Assembly: GCF_964188315.1 (NCBI RefSeq) | Contig: NC_135660.1 | Coordinates: forward strand, 35,960,001-36,024,000 | Reading direction: 5' to 3' | DNA from: Podarcis muralis | Lineage: Eukaryota | Length of the DNA stretch: 64,000 nt | Shown here: positions 11,626 through 23,167 of the stretch, in pieces | Position numbering within the stretch: the first letter of the stretch is position 1 | Layout of the letters: each line of letters starts with the position of its first letter | The notes under the pieces: generated by a model | The model's database searches: none | Told to the model about the DNA's origin: nothing | Seen by the model: only the letters and a program-made list of their open reading frames with translations | Position numbers and translations under genes: made by a program

Positions 11626-12599
11626 CTGTATTGACAAAAAAGCACAGCAATATAAACAAACATGTTTTTATACAGTCATTAGTCTTTTGGCACAATTTAA
11701 TACAATCCTAATACATGCAAATGATTTAAACCATTATAAACAAACTCTAATATATCCGTACTGTTCCCAACAAAGGAAACTCTTAGAGCCCTTATTTATA
11801 TCATACAGAGTTCCCAGAGTGTTGAAATAAAATGCTATCATGAGGCCATCACCCACCAAATCTCCCTAATAAGAGGGAGGTGTAAAAGAAGCATATGTGT
11901 GATAGAAGAGGGCAGAACCCACCCCCCTCAGAAACATCTGATTGAAGAATTCAGGGACAGAACCTCTGAGTGGCTCTAATGTAAAACACCAATGAAAGAA
12001 ACCACTGTTACTGAGACCAAACCCGGGTGGAACTTTCCTCCCATCTACAATAGAATCCAGTGGGTTTTCATTGCCACCACCTCCCATTATGGAAGAAAAT
12101 GGGTTTTGGCTTTTACCTGGTTCAATATGTGCTCATTTCGCTAGGAACACTTCTAGGTTTAATCTTAAGATTCATTCATAACAGGCATTAGATTCTTAAC
12201 TAGAAGTAGGAATATTAAAGAAAAATGTTCACAAGTGAAGCCCACTAATTTAAATTAAAAGTTATAGGTTGGAATTTCCTGCATTTGTAATATAAATGTG
12301 TAATCTGTAGTCATTTCAAAACTTAGAATTCTTCCAAGTTACATCTTTTAATTTTTAACACAGCTTTTTTCAATTCCAGTTTAATCAGAATAGTCAAAGG
12401 AGGTAGATCTTGTGAAACCAGGGGGAAATGTTACATTGGGATAGTGAAATAAGCAGACTACATAGAATAAATGTTCAATACGCTGATAATATCTACTTTT
12501 TATGCAGAAAGCAGATAAATGTTGGCATCCATCTGCCTCAAAAGAAAATGGATTAGTCCTCCAGAGGTGATGTCAAACTGTTGGAGAATCATAGTGGCT

Positions 12600-13060
12600 G
12601 CAGAGACCCGTAATTCTTAACTGCTGCCTCCCGCATTGTTTCTGCTGCATTAGCAGCACAGAAGTGACCTCTCCAAGGTGCTAGCCTGGGCAGTATGCAT
12701 GGAGGCCCTGGGCTGCTCAGATGACAAGAGCCCTCTCTCTTAGCATCGCTGATGTGGTCCAAAGAGAAGTAGAGCAATACATTTCGTACCAGCTCTCTGG
12801 CTGCAGGAGTTGCCAGAAAGAGGCATACAAGACACCATCCAACTGCCTTAAGGACTTTGAATCTATGTACTGTTTACTTCTTAGCCTTTTCTTCTCCCAA
12901 AGATGTCCCACAAAGTAGCAGGTAGAGGTATTTTGCTCTGGGTTTACTCCCAAAGCCTTTCTCACAAATGAGTATAGCTGCAAGGCAGCAGAGGTTTAGG
13001 ATCAGTTTCCCCTCTCCTAGATGGGCTGCCTTCCCATGCTGATGAGCCCCATCTTGGGGC
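12600..13060 (-). mobile_element. Probable RTE LINE 5'-region fragment in RNF168 intron 3
   Basis: Minus strand CAGCATGGGAAGGCAGCCCATCTAGGAGAGGGGAAACT...CTTTGGACCACATCAGCGATGCTAAGAGAGAGGGCTCTTGTCATCTG resembles, from recall, the 5' region of squamate RTE-1 elements. Confidence 0.5.
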
Positions 13061-13406
13061 ATATATAGGTTCTTTAGATAAGTAACATTGAAAAGGTGCC
13101 TGGTATGTACCTTCAAATTTTAAGGCTTGAGAAAATAAATTGATGGTATTCCAAGTCACACTTTTTGGAACATCCCGTCTGCACAAGCATTATAGCTTGC
13201 CAAATGGAACAATCTTCCCCTCTCTTTGCTCTGTGCACTGTTCTGGGGTATTCTTTTGATCCCCTCTAAGCCAGGAGGCACTGGGGGCAGGCGGGGATGC
13301 CTCACTGCATAAGTGAAAGCCCTTATGCAGGACTTCAACTGATGGGGCGTATTCTGTCCTGAGAATTTAATTGAACTGAGTTATCTACCATCAAGCTGCT
13401 ACTTAC

Positions 13407-13583
13407 CAGATCGCAACTTAGTTTCCGTGCCAATATTTCATCTAGTAGTAATTGTTCTTCCATCTGTTTTTTCCTTTCTTCTGCTAGCCTCTGTTCTTCT
13501 TCCTCTTCTGCCAATAGCCTTTGAATATACTCTTTGCTTGCATTGCTTGCTTCTTCTTCATGAGCCAGTCGTTCTGCTTCTGC
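13407..13583 (-). CDS. RNF168: RNF168 coding exon 3 (UMI/MIU1 region)
   Basis: CTTCAG|GCA ... CTG|GTAAGT: AEAERLAHEEEASNASKEYIQRLLAEEEEEQRLAEERKKQMEEQLLLDEILARKLSCDL. 177 nt. Confidence 0.93.
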
Positions 13584-13718
13584 CTGAAGTAAGAGTTTAT
13601 CATAACTTATTTCTGACTTTTTCTTGCAGTTTAGAGACTGAATACCTTAGCCAAAAGCTTTTTCTTTTGACTGCAGCTTTTGTGGGTTTTTTGTGTGAAA
13701 ACAGCTTTAAAGATTTAC

Positions 13719-13795
13719 CTTGCTTATCTCTTCTTCATACTCCTGTCTTAATTCTCCAGGTTTACTTAAACAGCGCACTGGCTGATGTAGGCACA
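13719..13795 (-). CDS. RNF168: RNF168 coding exon 2
   Basis: GGATAG|TG ... AAG|GTAAAT: CLHQPVRCLSKPGELRQEYEEEISK. 77 nt. Confidence 0.93.
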
Positions 13796-14677
13796 CTATC
13801 CAGAAAAGATTTGAGAAATATAGTTATTAATGAACCAATTAAGGACTGTAGTTTTCCTATAAAGAAACATCAAGTTCCAATTTAATCTCAGTACTATATG
13901 ACAGAATACACTTCTAAAGTCACATCAAAATGTAGTTGATCACTTAAGTGCTGTTCTGTCACTGACAGTTTCTGACTTCCTTGGCACTAAAGGATTAAGT
14001 AAACCTCCAATATAAATAAGTAAAAGAAGGCTTCAAAGTTTTTCAAAAGAAACTGCAATTGTTTGTTTCAGCCCTTGCACTCTTTGATTTGACTTCTTTA
14101 GTAATGGACAAATTCTTGAACTAAGTTCCAAACAACTACACAACTAGTTCTATGAATCTAAAAGGGCTTTAAATGCTACTGAAATAGAAGATTAAAAAAT
14201 AATAATAATTTGGCTAAAGGTCAAAGGAAACTTTTTATTATTATTATTTCACTGGGCTAGGACAAGCTCTTAGTGTAAAACTAAATTCTGGCCCAGAGGT
14301 TTCAAACCCATTCATGTAGACAAGACTATTCCAATTCTGTAGTGCTCACTTTCAGCAATGGTTACTTTTCCATATTCTATTACTTCAGCCTTGCAAATAA
14401 ACCAGGAAATGCTGGTACCCACAAATGTTTTACTATCCACCTGTCCACTATCCACACTGTAGGCATGCCAATGCCTTAAAAAACATTCCCCAACAAAGCA
14501 GTCCTTTTTGAGCTTTCAAATGTGTCATTGTCTCGCCACCTGGAGGAAATCTTTACTTTCTCCAGACCACAAGGTGGATGCCTGGATACTTAATTTACTG
14601 TGTTCCCAAAAGCATTATTTTAACCTTTTAAACATTTATAACATATTTATAAGGCCATATATGCCAGGTTTACTCAC

Positions 14678-14978
14678 TATCTTCTTCCACATCCTGTCCA
14701 CTAATTCTGCGTTGGCATTCTTCTGGAAAATGTTTTTGAATCTTTTCCCATAATTCCAAATTAATAAGAGTGTTATTGCGGGCATTATATCGTGCCCAAG
14801 AAGAGACTCGCCGACGACAGAAAGGGCAGTACAGGCTGCTCTTTTCCACTGTAAGCTGAAAACAGGAGTTGCAGAGAGTGTGGTTGCATGGCAGTGTGAC
14901 TGGTTCCAGTAAAATCTCCATGCAGATATTACAGCGACAGTCAGATAAGGACAGTGGAGCCTCCGATTTCTTCGACAT
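14678..14978 (-). CDS. RNF168: RNF168 coding exon 1 (C3HC4 RING); E3 ubiquitin ligase, full CDS 1455 nt / 484 aa
   Basis: MSKKSEAPLSLSDCRCNICMEILLEPVTLPCNHTLCNSC...CPFCRRRVSSWAR. Donor GTGAGT at 14677; 301 nt. Acceptor CCTTAG 5 nt upstream of the ATG. Confidence 0.95.
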
Positions 14979-15186
14979 GCTGTCTAAGGGAAGGTGACTA
15001 GTGCATCATCAGCATCTGAAACCATGACACAGCATCTACTTAGAATCATCAAAACTGCAGAAAGTTATCAGTATTGGCTCAGCTATTTGACTCTTTACCT
15101 TACAATGTTCTCAACATCCTTCTCTGATCTAACCTTTTTAATCACACCTTTTCCAATGGTGTATGTTTGCTGTGCACACTGTATAA

Positions 15187-15748
15187 CAGGGGTCAGCAAA
15201 CTTTTTCCACAGGGAGCCGTCCACTGTCCCTCACACCTTGTGGAAGGCCAGACTATCCATCTATCTATCTATCTATCTATCTATAAAACGAATTCCTATG
15301 CACACTGCGAGAGGGGCAAGTAGTCCTCCTCCCAGCCCCAGCTGCCTTCTCAGTTTGCCGCCTGCCTCATTCGCCCAAGGGCTGGCAGTGGTGGCGCGAA
15401 ACGGGCTTCCTCCCCACCTAGAGAAAGAAGGCGCTGTGCTTACCTTCCCAGGGGCTGCCGCCGCTGTCACCACCACTTCTCATGAAGCGGATAGGCAGAG
15501 CAAGCTCATCCGCTCTGGCCCACAGGAGCACCAGCAGGAGGAAGAGGCCGAGCGGCGGCGGCGCTGCCAATCAAATGCAGCTGAGGTAAATGCGGCGTTT
15601 GATTGGCAGAGCTGCTGCCGCTCAGCCGCTTCCGTCGCCATCGCCGGGAGTCTCGGCTTCGCAGCGGGTTCCGGCTTCACGGCTCTGGCCCGATCTAGGA
15701 GCCAGGTGGGCCTGATCCGGCCCAGGGGCCTTAGTTTGCCGACCCCTG
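15187..15748. mobile_element. hAT-type MITE containing a (CTAT)n tract
   Basis: TIRs CAGGGGTCAGCAAAC ... GTTTGCCGACCCCTG; 8-bp TSD CTGTATAA / CTGTTTAA (1 mismatch). Confidence 0.85.
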
Positions 15749-16725
15749 CTGTTTAAGTTTTACATAGAGCAGTCCTATCAACTATGAGCCTGCATCAACA
15801 TATTCGGTATTCATTCAAGAGCCTGTGCTTTGCTTTATTTTAGGATATCCTCTGCCAATTTACAGCTTGAGGTATTAGAAGTACTAGGCTTGCATGTTCC
15901 CCTCTCTTTACAACTGGGCAAGAGGAGGACTTCTACCAAGTTTAGTTTTGCTAAAGAATTGTGGCTCAGCTTTACATGTGGTCAGTGTCAAAACAACCAA
16001 CTAGCCTTATTGGCTTCAGTCTTCTCTATGTATGTATATGGAGGAATACAGCAGAAGTCCTTATCTTCACTTGTTAAATGGGATGAAAACAAGCATGTAT
16101 TCATGTTTTACTAACTGAAAGTGGTTGAAATGAATTGAAATACCACTTTCCAGTCCAAAGAGAAACCTGCAGCTGCTTTTACATGTGCCTGTGAAGCTCA
16201 AAATTCTAGTAAGAACCCTGCTTAGTATTATTGTTAATTTCAACAATTTGTTTAACACTTAGTCATAGTCATCTCTAATCAGTGTACAGGAGGTCCAATA
16301 AGATGAAAAATAAATGAACGCTATAGAATCAGAATTCATTAAAAAAGTTTGTTGCAATAAAAAAACATCTTCAGTAAGCACGAGAAGATCACCAGGGAGG
16401 GGGCCCAAAATACTGACAGTAAGGCTCTTTGTGGGTACAAACCATGTATCTGAGCCATGGGGCAGTGGTGTGTGTTAACAGCAACTCCTTTGACAGCCCC
16501 AATGATTAGGAATATAAAGGATCAGTCAGTCCCTGAGATATCCCAGGTCCAAGTTGCTAAAAGCCTTGTAAATTAATACAAAATCCTTGAACCTGGACTG
16601 GTAGCATATGGGCAGTCAGTGCAATCTTCTGAGTACTGTAGTTACATGCATTTACATTGCATAAAACAGTATTTTCATTACAAGTAGGCATCATGCTGTT
16701 TAAGATATAAGTAGGCAGGTTTTTT

Positions 16726-17088
16726 GGGACGCAGGTGGCGCTGTGGGTAAAACCTCAGTGCCTAGGACTTGCTGATCGTATGGTCGGCGGTTCGAATCCC
16801 CGCGGCGGGGTGAGCTCCCGTCGTTCGGTCCCAGCTCCTGTCCACCTAGCAGTTCGAAAGCACCCCTAAGTGCAAGTAGATAAATAGGTACCGCTTTATA
16901 GTGGGAAGGTAACGGCGTTTCCGTGCGCTGTGCTGGCTCGCCAGAGCAGCTTCGTCACGCTGGCCACGTGACCCGGAAGTGTCTTCGGACAGCGCTGGCT
17001 CCCGGCCTCTTAAGCGAGATGAGCACGCAACCCCAGAGTCGGTCACGACTGGCCCGTACGGGCAGGGGTACCTTTACCTTTACCTTTT
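16726..17088 (+). mobile_element. Full-length Sauria SINE
   Basis: tRNA-like head GGGACGCAGGTGGCGCTGTGGG...GGTTCGAATCCC (B box), (ACCTTT)n tail, TSD TAGGCAGGTTTTT at 16712-16724 and 17089-17101. Confidence 0.92.
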
Positions 17089-17399
17089 TAGGCAGGTTTT
17101 TATGAAAAGCTGCTTGCCAATTTAGATACAAAAATGGCTTTACAAAACAATGTGCACAGATATAGGATACTGGTGCATGAACATAGGTCAATTCAAAAAG
17201 CACTGATAATTTTTAAACAGAAAAATGGGGCGGGGCTGACCGTGAGAGACCACTCCCATAAACAAAAGCTTACTCAAGGTATGTCGAGTCAAACCACTAA
17301 GAATCCTATTCGCATTTAACCTGAAACTCACCTACATGCACCGTTTTCTGGTTCCCAACTTGTTTTAATAAGATTTTTTTTTTGCCCGAAGACTACAGG

Positions 17400-18200
17400 T
17401 GTGTGCGCGCACAACAGGAAGTTTGGCCAGAGATATGTGTGCTCAATTCCCTTCCACGAACATTTCAGTGAATAAACACGGGAAAGTGCGGGCTGCGACT
17501 CCTACTGTGACTGCTGTTGGTTCTCCTCGTCCTCCTCTTCTTCTCCTCACACACTTGGAGAAAAGTTCTTCAGCTTCCCCACTGTCAGGAGCGAAGGCCA
17601 AGAAGCCTCTCGACGTCCGCCCCACATTTCTAGGCCAGAGGCCTAGGAAACATTCGCCTCACGGGGCCCCGGCTGACAAGTGGAAACTAAGCGGAGCCTG
17701 AGGCCGCGGGGCTTCCAGAACCGATTCACCGTTCCGAGGCTTGACTTCCCGTTGCTAGGCGCCAAAATGGAGACCCCGGAAGAGGAAACCGCGCGCGAGC
17801 CCGGCGATTCGTTGTCCGCCTGCCTCGGAATTCTGACCCGCCACTTCCCCCCACCTCCCCTCCCGTTCCACGCGCGTGCGCGAGAGAGCCCGCCCAACGG
17901 CTAGCTTTTATTCCGAGAAAGGGCGAGGGAGCGGGAGAGGCGTCTAACCTGCCTCAGCGCGCCCAGACGACGCGCGCATGCGTCCCAACGGACTCCTGTA
18001 CAGCCACGCCTACAAGCGCGTGAAGGGGAATCCCGCCCCTTTCTGCCTCTGCGCTAGCCCTGCCGCAGGCTTCGAGCGGGGTGTAATCGGGTTGCAATAC
18101 TGCAACTGGTGCGGGGAGGGCCAGTGCGGGTGTGTGCTGTTTGATTCGCAGCAGCGCAGGCTTTTGAGTACTATGGTGGGGGAAAGCGTTTTATTGAGCC
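17400..18200 (-). promoter_or_regulatory. RNF168: CpG island, probable RNF168 promoter and non-coding first exon
   Basis: CpG-rich. CCGGAAG (ETS) at ~17776; GCGCATGCG (NRF1) at 17974-17982; candidate minus-strand donors GTGAG (17662) and GTGAAT (17729). Confidence 0.7.
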
Positions 18201-18907
18201 ACAGTGTATAAAATAATGAAACACTAATAATTGCAAGATTGCTGTACTCATTTTGAGAGCTTTTTGTGTTTATGCTCAAGTGTTTTGTCCCCCCCCCCAA
18301 TAGTGTTTATACAATTGGTTCAGTCTGTTTGGGCAACGACTTTAGAAAACGAACCAACCGTTATTTGCTTTTTAAGATTGCAGTTAATTATATTTTGACA
18401 ACCGTTTTTAGCTTAAGAGGAGGTTGGAGGACCATAAGGTCCTGGGGGTGGGGGAGTGGTGTCTAAATGCAATAAGCGACTTGGGACCAGCTTACCCGAA
18501 AAGAGTGCCTTCTGGATCGAAATGGGCACAGAGCTTGATCCTCTTCAGAGGCATACCGTGGGTGCCTCCACCCAGGCTGGCCCAAAACATTTTGGCACCT
18601 GAAGTGTACCCCAAAGTACCCCAAAATAGCACTCTGCTACCCACCAGGAAAGAAAGGGTGAGAGAAGATCTACATCAGGAGCGAGAGAGGGAAGAAAAAT
18701 CAACAGGATTTGCTGCTTCTCTAGATCCTGCCACCTGAGGCAGTTGCCTCACCTTGCCTTGTGCATGGGCCAGCCCTGGTGAAGAAAATTGCTTTTCAGT
18801 ACGTAGTAGTGCCTAGCTATGGAATGCTTTTCTCAGAGAGACCAACTTGAAGCCATCTCAGTGGGTGTTTTGGTGAATACGTTTCTGCTCTTTTAAATTA
18901 CTGTATT

Positions 18908-19227
18908 TGTTGTTGTTGTTGTTGTTGTTTAGTCGTGTCCGACTCTTCGTGACCCCATGGACCAGAGCACGCCAGGCACCTCTGTCCTCCACTACCTCCC
19001 GCAGTTTGGTCAAACTGGATCACTGCCTTCATGGATCACTGCCTTGCCGTGGCAAAGGGGCTTGAAGAACTCAGAGAAGCTATGAACTACGCCGAGCAGG
19101 GCACACAAGATGAACAAGTCATAGTGGAGAGTTTTGACCAAACGTGATCCACCTGGAGGAGGAACCGGCAAGCCACTCCAGTATCCTGCCAAGAAAACTC
19201 CATGGACAAAGACAACAGGCATAAAAA
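18908..19227. mobile_element. BovB (RTE) LINE insertion: 3' end on minus strand joined to a 5'-region segment on plus strand
   Basis: (TTG)n TTTAGTCGTGTCCGACTCTTCGTGACCCCATGGAC is the reverse complement of the BovB 3' end. ATGGATCACTGCCTTGCCGTGGCAAAGGGGCTTG...CAAGCCACTCCAGTATC resembles the BovB 5' region (recall). 13-bp TSD AAATTACTGTATT at 18895-18907 and 19228-19240. Confidence 0.8.
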
Positions 19228-19607
19228 AAATTACTGTATTATGCAGTCTAATTAGAGCTGTATGAGCAGCAGGAAATGGGCTTTTCAGGGGCCCCCCACA
19301 GTGGGAAGCCATGTTGTCATCATCTCCCCTCTCCATTTTTTCCTTAGTTTTTAAAATTGATATATTTCAGTTATATTAATCTAACCCATAGAGAATGTTA
19401 TGTTATGGGGCAGCATATATAAATGGATATGTAAAGGTATGCCCCTAGGTGTGTTTCATAGATTACCCCTTACCCATTTTATGCTCCAAACAAAACTTGA
19501 GTAGTTTCTGCTGACGAAGAGGACACTGAAAATGGCTAATAATGAAGTGTTGCAGCCCAGCCATTAGACATGAGTGTGCATAATATTTTCTTTAAACTAT
19601 GAATCAC

Positions 19608-19613
19608 TTTATT
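19608..19613 (-). terminator. SMCO1: Candidate SMCO1 poly(A) signal AATAAA
   Basis: TTTATT on plus strand about 810 nt past the stop codon; not validated. Confidence 0.4.
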
Positions 19614-20422
19614 GAGCAGTTTGTGATTTCATCAGGTGCAAACAGTACATATTAGAGTGTGCTCTGGTGTCAATTTGCTTTTAAATGGGGCTGAATAAGA
19701 CATGGTGACTAACTTTTAACCACATTGGTAACAGAGAAGATAATAACATGCAGCTATGTTTCTAAATGGCAAAAGAAAGCATAGGAACTATGAGGGTATA
19801 CATAATGAACAAAAGTCAAGCTAATCATGGCCAATCATAGATGGCTTAGTGCACTTGAGGTTGCAAGTAAATAAGTATGCATTTAAAAAAATCACCTGAG
19901 GAGGACTTCCTCTTTATACCCCACTTTTTTACTGTGAGAAAATTGATCAACAAATTGGGAGCAGGCACTCCCTGAAGTATGCAGCAGGACCCAGCAAATA
20001 TGTACATTACACTCGCACCAAGACATATGTTTGTGATATATGCAATTATGCCTGCCTCTCAAGAATGGGGCCTGTATTTCAAGTGAGAAACCAAAAAAGG
20101 GGAACTTCAAGATTATACTCTACTGTAGGATCTGGGTGATAGATTTCAAAAGATAGGAGCAAAATGGGAGTTGTTAATATTAGCAGTAATAATAATGCAT
20201 AGCTTTAGTCATGCTTCACATATGCAATCTTCATAATCTGTACAACTTCTCTGTGAATTGGGCTAGTATAGTGCAGCTTTTCTCTGTTAAACATGGGGTG
20301 AAGACTGAGAGGAAGTCTTGCATAAAGCTACTAAGGACTTTGCAGTTATAAGCAGTTTTGGAGACAATTTGTTTCTAGGTTATAATCCTTTAGGGTGTGT
20401 CTCTTGTTCTTTCCAAGCGTGT

Positions 20423-20807
20423 TCAGTTTTTTCTGTATTCCACTACGCGAATAGCAGACAGCAGACTTCGCTGAAGCAGCGGGTTCTTCACCACGTTGTT
20501 TATAATAGAGCTGATGTCATTGGCATAATCTCGCCTTTGATCAGCAGGATAGTAGCAGGCATTGTGACAATTTGTAATGAAAAATGCACAGAGGGCTTTA
20601 ACATCTCCTTCTTGCAGCCCCAGTTTCTCCAGTACAGACTCCCAGGCCAGCCTAATTCTTTGGTTTCTGCCTTTTCGCCTCAGAACAGATGACAGAGTAG
20701 GAAGGGCTTTTGCCAGATCTGGTAGCATTTCTACCACTTCAGAATGTAAGCAGCGAATAGTTTCACAAATGTAGCTGTAGAAAAGATTTACCTCCACAGA
20801 AGAGAAT
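20423..20807 (-). CDS. SMCO1: SMCO1 (C3orf43) coding exon 3
   Basis: TTCTTCCAG|A TTC TCT... FSSVEVNLFYSYICETIRCLHSEVVEMLPDLAKALPTLSSVLRRKGRNQRIRLAWESVLEKLGLQEGDVKALCAFF, matching recalled human LPDLVRGLPTLASVLRRK...GLQEGDITALCTFF. Stop TGA at 20425-20423. Confidence 0.9.
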
Positions 20808-21301
20808 CTGGAAGAAGATATAGAAATATAACCCATTTTTCAAATAATTAAAGTCAACAGGACCAGGATTTATTGCTATTTAGGTAACAGGAAAGCTACA
20901 ATCCTGACCACACTTCTTAAGGTGTGCGTTTTATTGAACCAGTGGAAATTTAATTCGAGCCAAAAGAAACCATGTTTGTGATAATTAAGCCCAATCCTAA
21001 AATGTTTATTTGAAGTAATTCCCTAAAACTAAGGCTAAGTCAGCATTTAGGTTTACATTTTGGAAATAAAGTTGGAAAGTTTTCAAAATTTATTCAGAAG
21101 TCCTAAATGGAATTATTTCTCTCCAATATTCCATCATTATAAATTAAAATCATCAATCACTACATGTTCATGTGTTACTCAGTTGTTAAACCTATCAAAT
21201 GATGGTTACAATCTTATGATACCATTATCAGGCACTTTACAGCCAAGTTAATATTATTAAAACTTTTATTAGATTTTTTGCCCTTGATTTTTCTTTCTCA
21301 C

Positions 21302-21451
21302 CTGTCTTCTAGCAGTGATGACCACATTTCATCCTGGTCGAACTGATGCTCCATTACTGTAGTCCGAAACGCAAACTTCTCTGTTAATTTCTGAATGCTA
21401 GAGTCTAGCACTGTAAACTGACCCTCTAAAGCCTGCAGCTTGTTCTCCACT
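21302..21451 (-). CDS. SMCO1: SMCO1 coding exon 2 (coiled coil)
   Basis: GTAACAG|A GTG GAG AAC AAG CTG CAG GCT TTA GAG (VENKLQALE; human VDHKLQALE) ... QDEMWSSLLEDR AG|GTGAG. 150 nt. Confidence 0.9.
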
Positions 21452-23000
21452 CTGTTACGATTTAAAAGCCAGAAGAAGTTATTAAAAGTCAGAACAAGTT
21501 AGTCAGGAGTCTCCACTTCTGTAGCATATCCCAAGACTCATATCTACAGGTTGATTGTAATCACTTGATGAATTTAATCAGCATATGGCTCTGGAGCAAT
21601 ACACTTTCTGAATCAGGAAGCATGTTAAACTCTGTACAGTATTGCATTATGGCTGCTACCACTGCAAAAAACTGAACTTATGACAAAGCAAGATGATAAC
21701 CAAGCAATGCTATGCGTGCTTATCTGGGAGCAAATCATACTGAGCTCACGTACACTTATTTTCAAGCAAATATGTACACCATTGTGTACACAACCGAGTT
21801 TTTATTCACTGCCTTTTATACATAGATTTAATGGAGAATAAAGGACATACTCTTCAGTTTCAAGTGATCAAATATTTCATGGGTATCTTAACATCAGAAG
21901 GTCCCTTTGAAAGGGAGTTAGTTTTTGGCATCACATATTTTTCATTTATTCACAGACCCTTTAAGAACTAGAATTTTATTCATTGTTTGGGGTATAACCA
22001 GGTCTCCCCCCCCCCCAGCCAAAACTCACTGAAACTCAGTTCCGCCATCTCTCAGGTAGGCGCCATTGCCATTATAAGAGAACAAGGGAGGCATTCATGC
22101 TGAGCACCAATTTTTCTAGAAAAATAGCATTGGGTACAGCAAATCAACATTAGATGGTACTCTTCAAATGGTAGCGCAATAGGGACATTCCAGAGATGCG
22201 GGTCCAAAACTTACAAAGTCTTATGTATAACATATTGAGCATGCAAGTGCATTCCAACTTAATTTGATTCTTAATTTGATTTTTAATGACTGATGTTTTA
22301 ATGTATTTTTAATCTCTTGTTGGAAGCTGCCCAGCCAGATGGGCAGGGTATAAGTAATAAATTATTATATTATGATTATAGAAAAGCCAGAATCAAAGCC
22401 ACGTGGAAAGCCATGTTTTAGTCCTGATCACAGGCTAACCACTTTTTAATCAGCATATAATATGGAAAAAATTCCCTAACCTTGAATTACTGCAAAGATA
22501 ATTGATCCATATTGTAACACATACAAGAACTTCAGTCCTAAATACATTTACCAATATGTCAACCAATGGACATTTATATCTAAATACAGTATATGTGTGC
22601 AGGGCCCCAGTCCAAAAATAAACACCTGGTGGTGTTTAAAAAAGTAAAGAAGAAACACTGTAAACTCTGCAAACCAAGTCATTAATATTTTCATTATTTC
22701 TATAATTTCATTAGAAATAAAAGAATATGTAACAACATTCAATAATACAGTATTTAAGGCTTGGACAGTAGACATTTTCCACCATCATCCAGACATACAA
22801 AGGCAGTTACTATATAAAAGTAGCAACTGCTGCCTTCCAAAATAATGTATTATATATCACTTTTTGTAAGCTGCCTTGGAGATTCATCAGGCAGAAAAAC
22901 ACTATCAATATTATAAACATCTAATTTATAAGGTGTGAATTTTTTCCCCTGTTTCTAACAATCTATCCCCAACAAAGCAGATTGGTTTCCCCTTCATGAC

Positions 23001-23050
23001 CTGTTTAGTGTCTTGTTCAGAGCACACAGTGAAATAGCTTCTCTGGCCAT
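23001..23050 (-). CDS. SMCO1: SMCO1 coding exon 1
   Basis: ATG GCC AGA GAA ... AAC AG|GTCATG gives MAREAISLCALNKTLNR. 50 nt, phase 2 as exon 2 requires; TATA box about 120 nt upstream. Total CDS 585 nt, 194 aa. Confidence 0.8.
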
Positions 23051-23167
23051 CTTCAGGGAGAGAAAAATAATCGTATGTTTAAATGCTGGTTAGCTTCTCT
23101 TTTGCAGCAGACAGCAAACATATAACAGGAGTTCCAACTTGTGCTGAAGGTCAATTTTCACTTAAAT

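Noticed and set aside
11228-11830. 200-aa plus-strand ORF
   Set aside because: Antisense to RNF168 exon 4 and its introns; no recognisable domain or promoter.
13427-13885. 152-aa hydrophobic Leu-rich ORF that looks like a membrane protein
   Set aside because: It is the antisense mirror of the Glu/Lys-rich (GAA/AAG) RNF168 exons 2-3.
22470-22490. Possible 9-nt SMCO1 micro-exon (TTTGCAG|TAATTCAAG|GTTAGG)
   Set aside because: Exon 1 to exon 2 splicing is already in phase with human-like lengths; the donor is weak and there is no other support.
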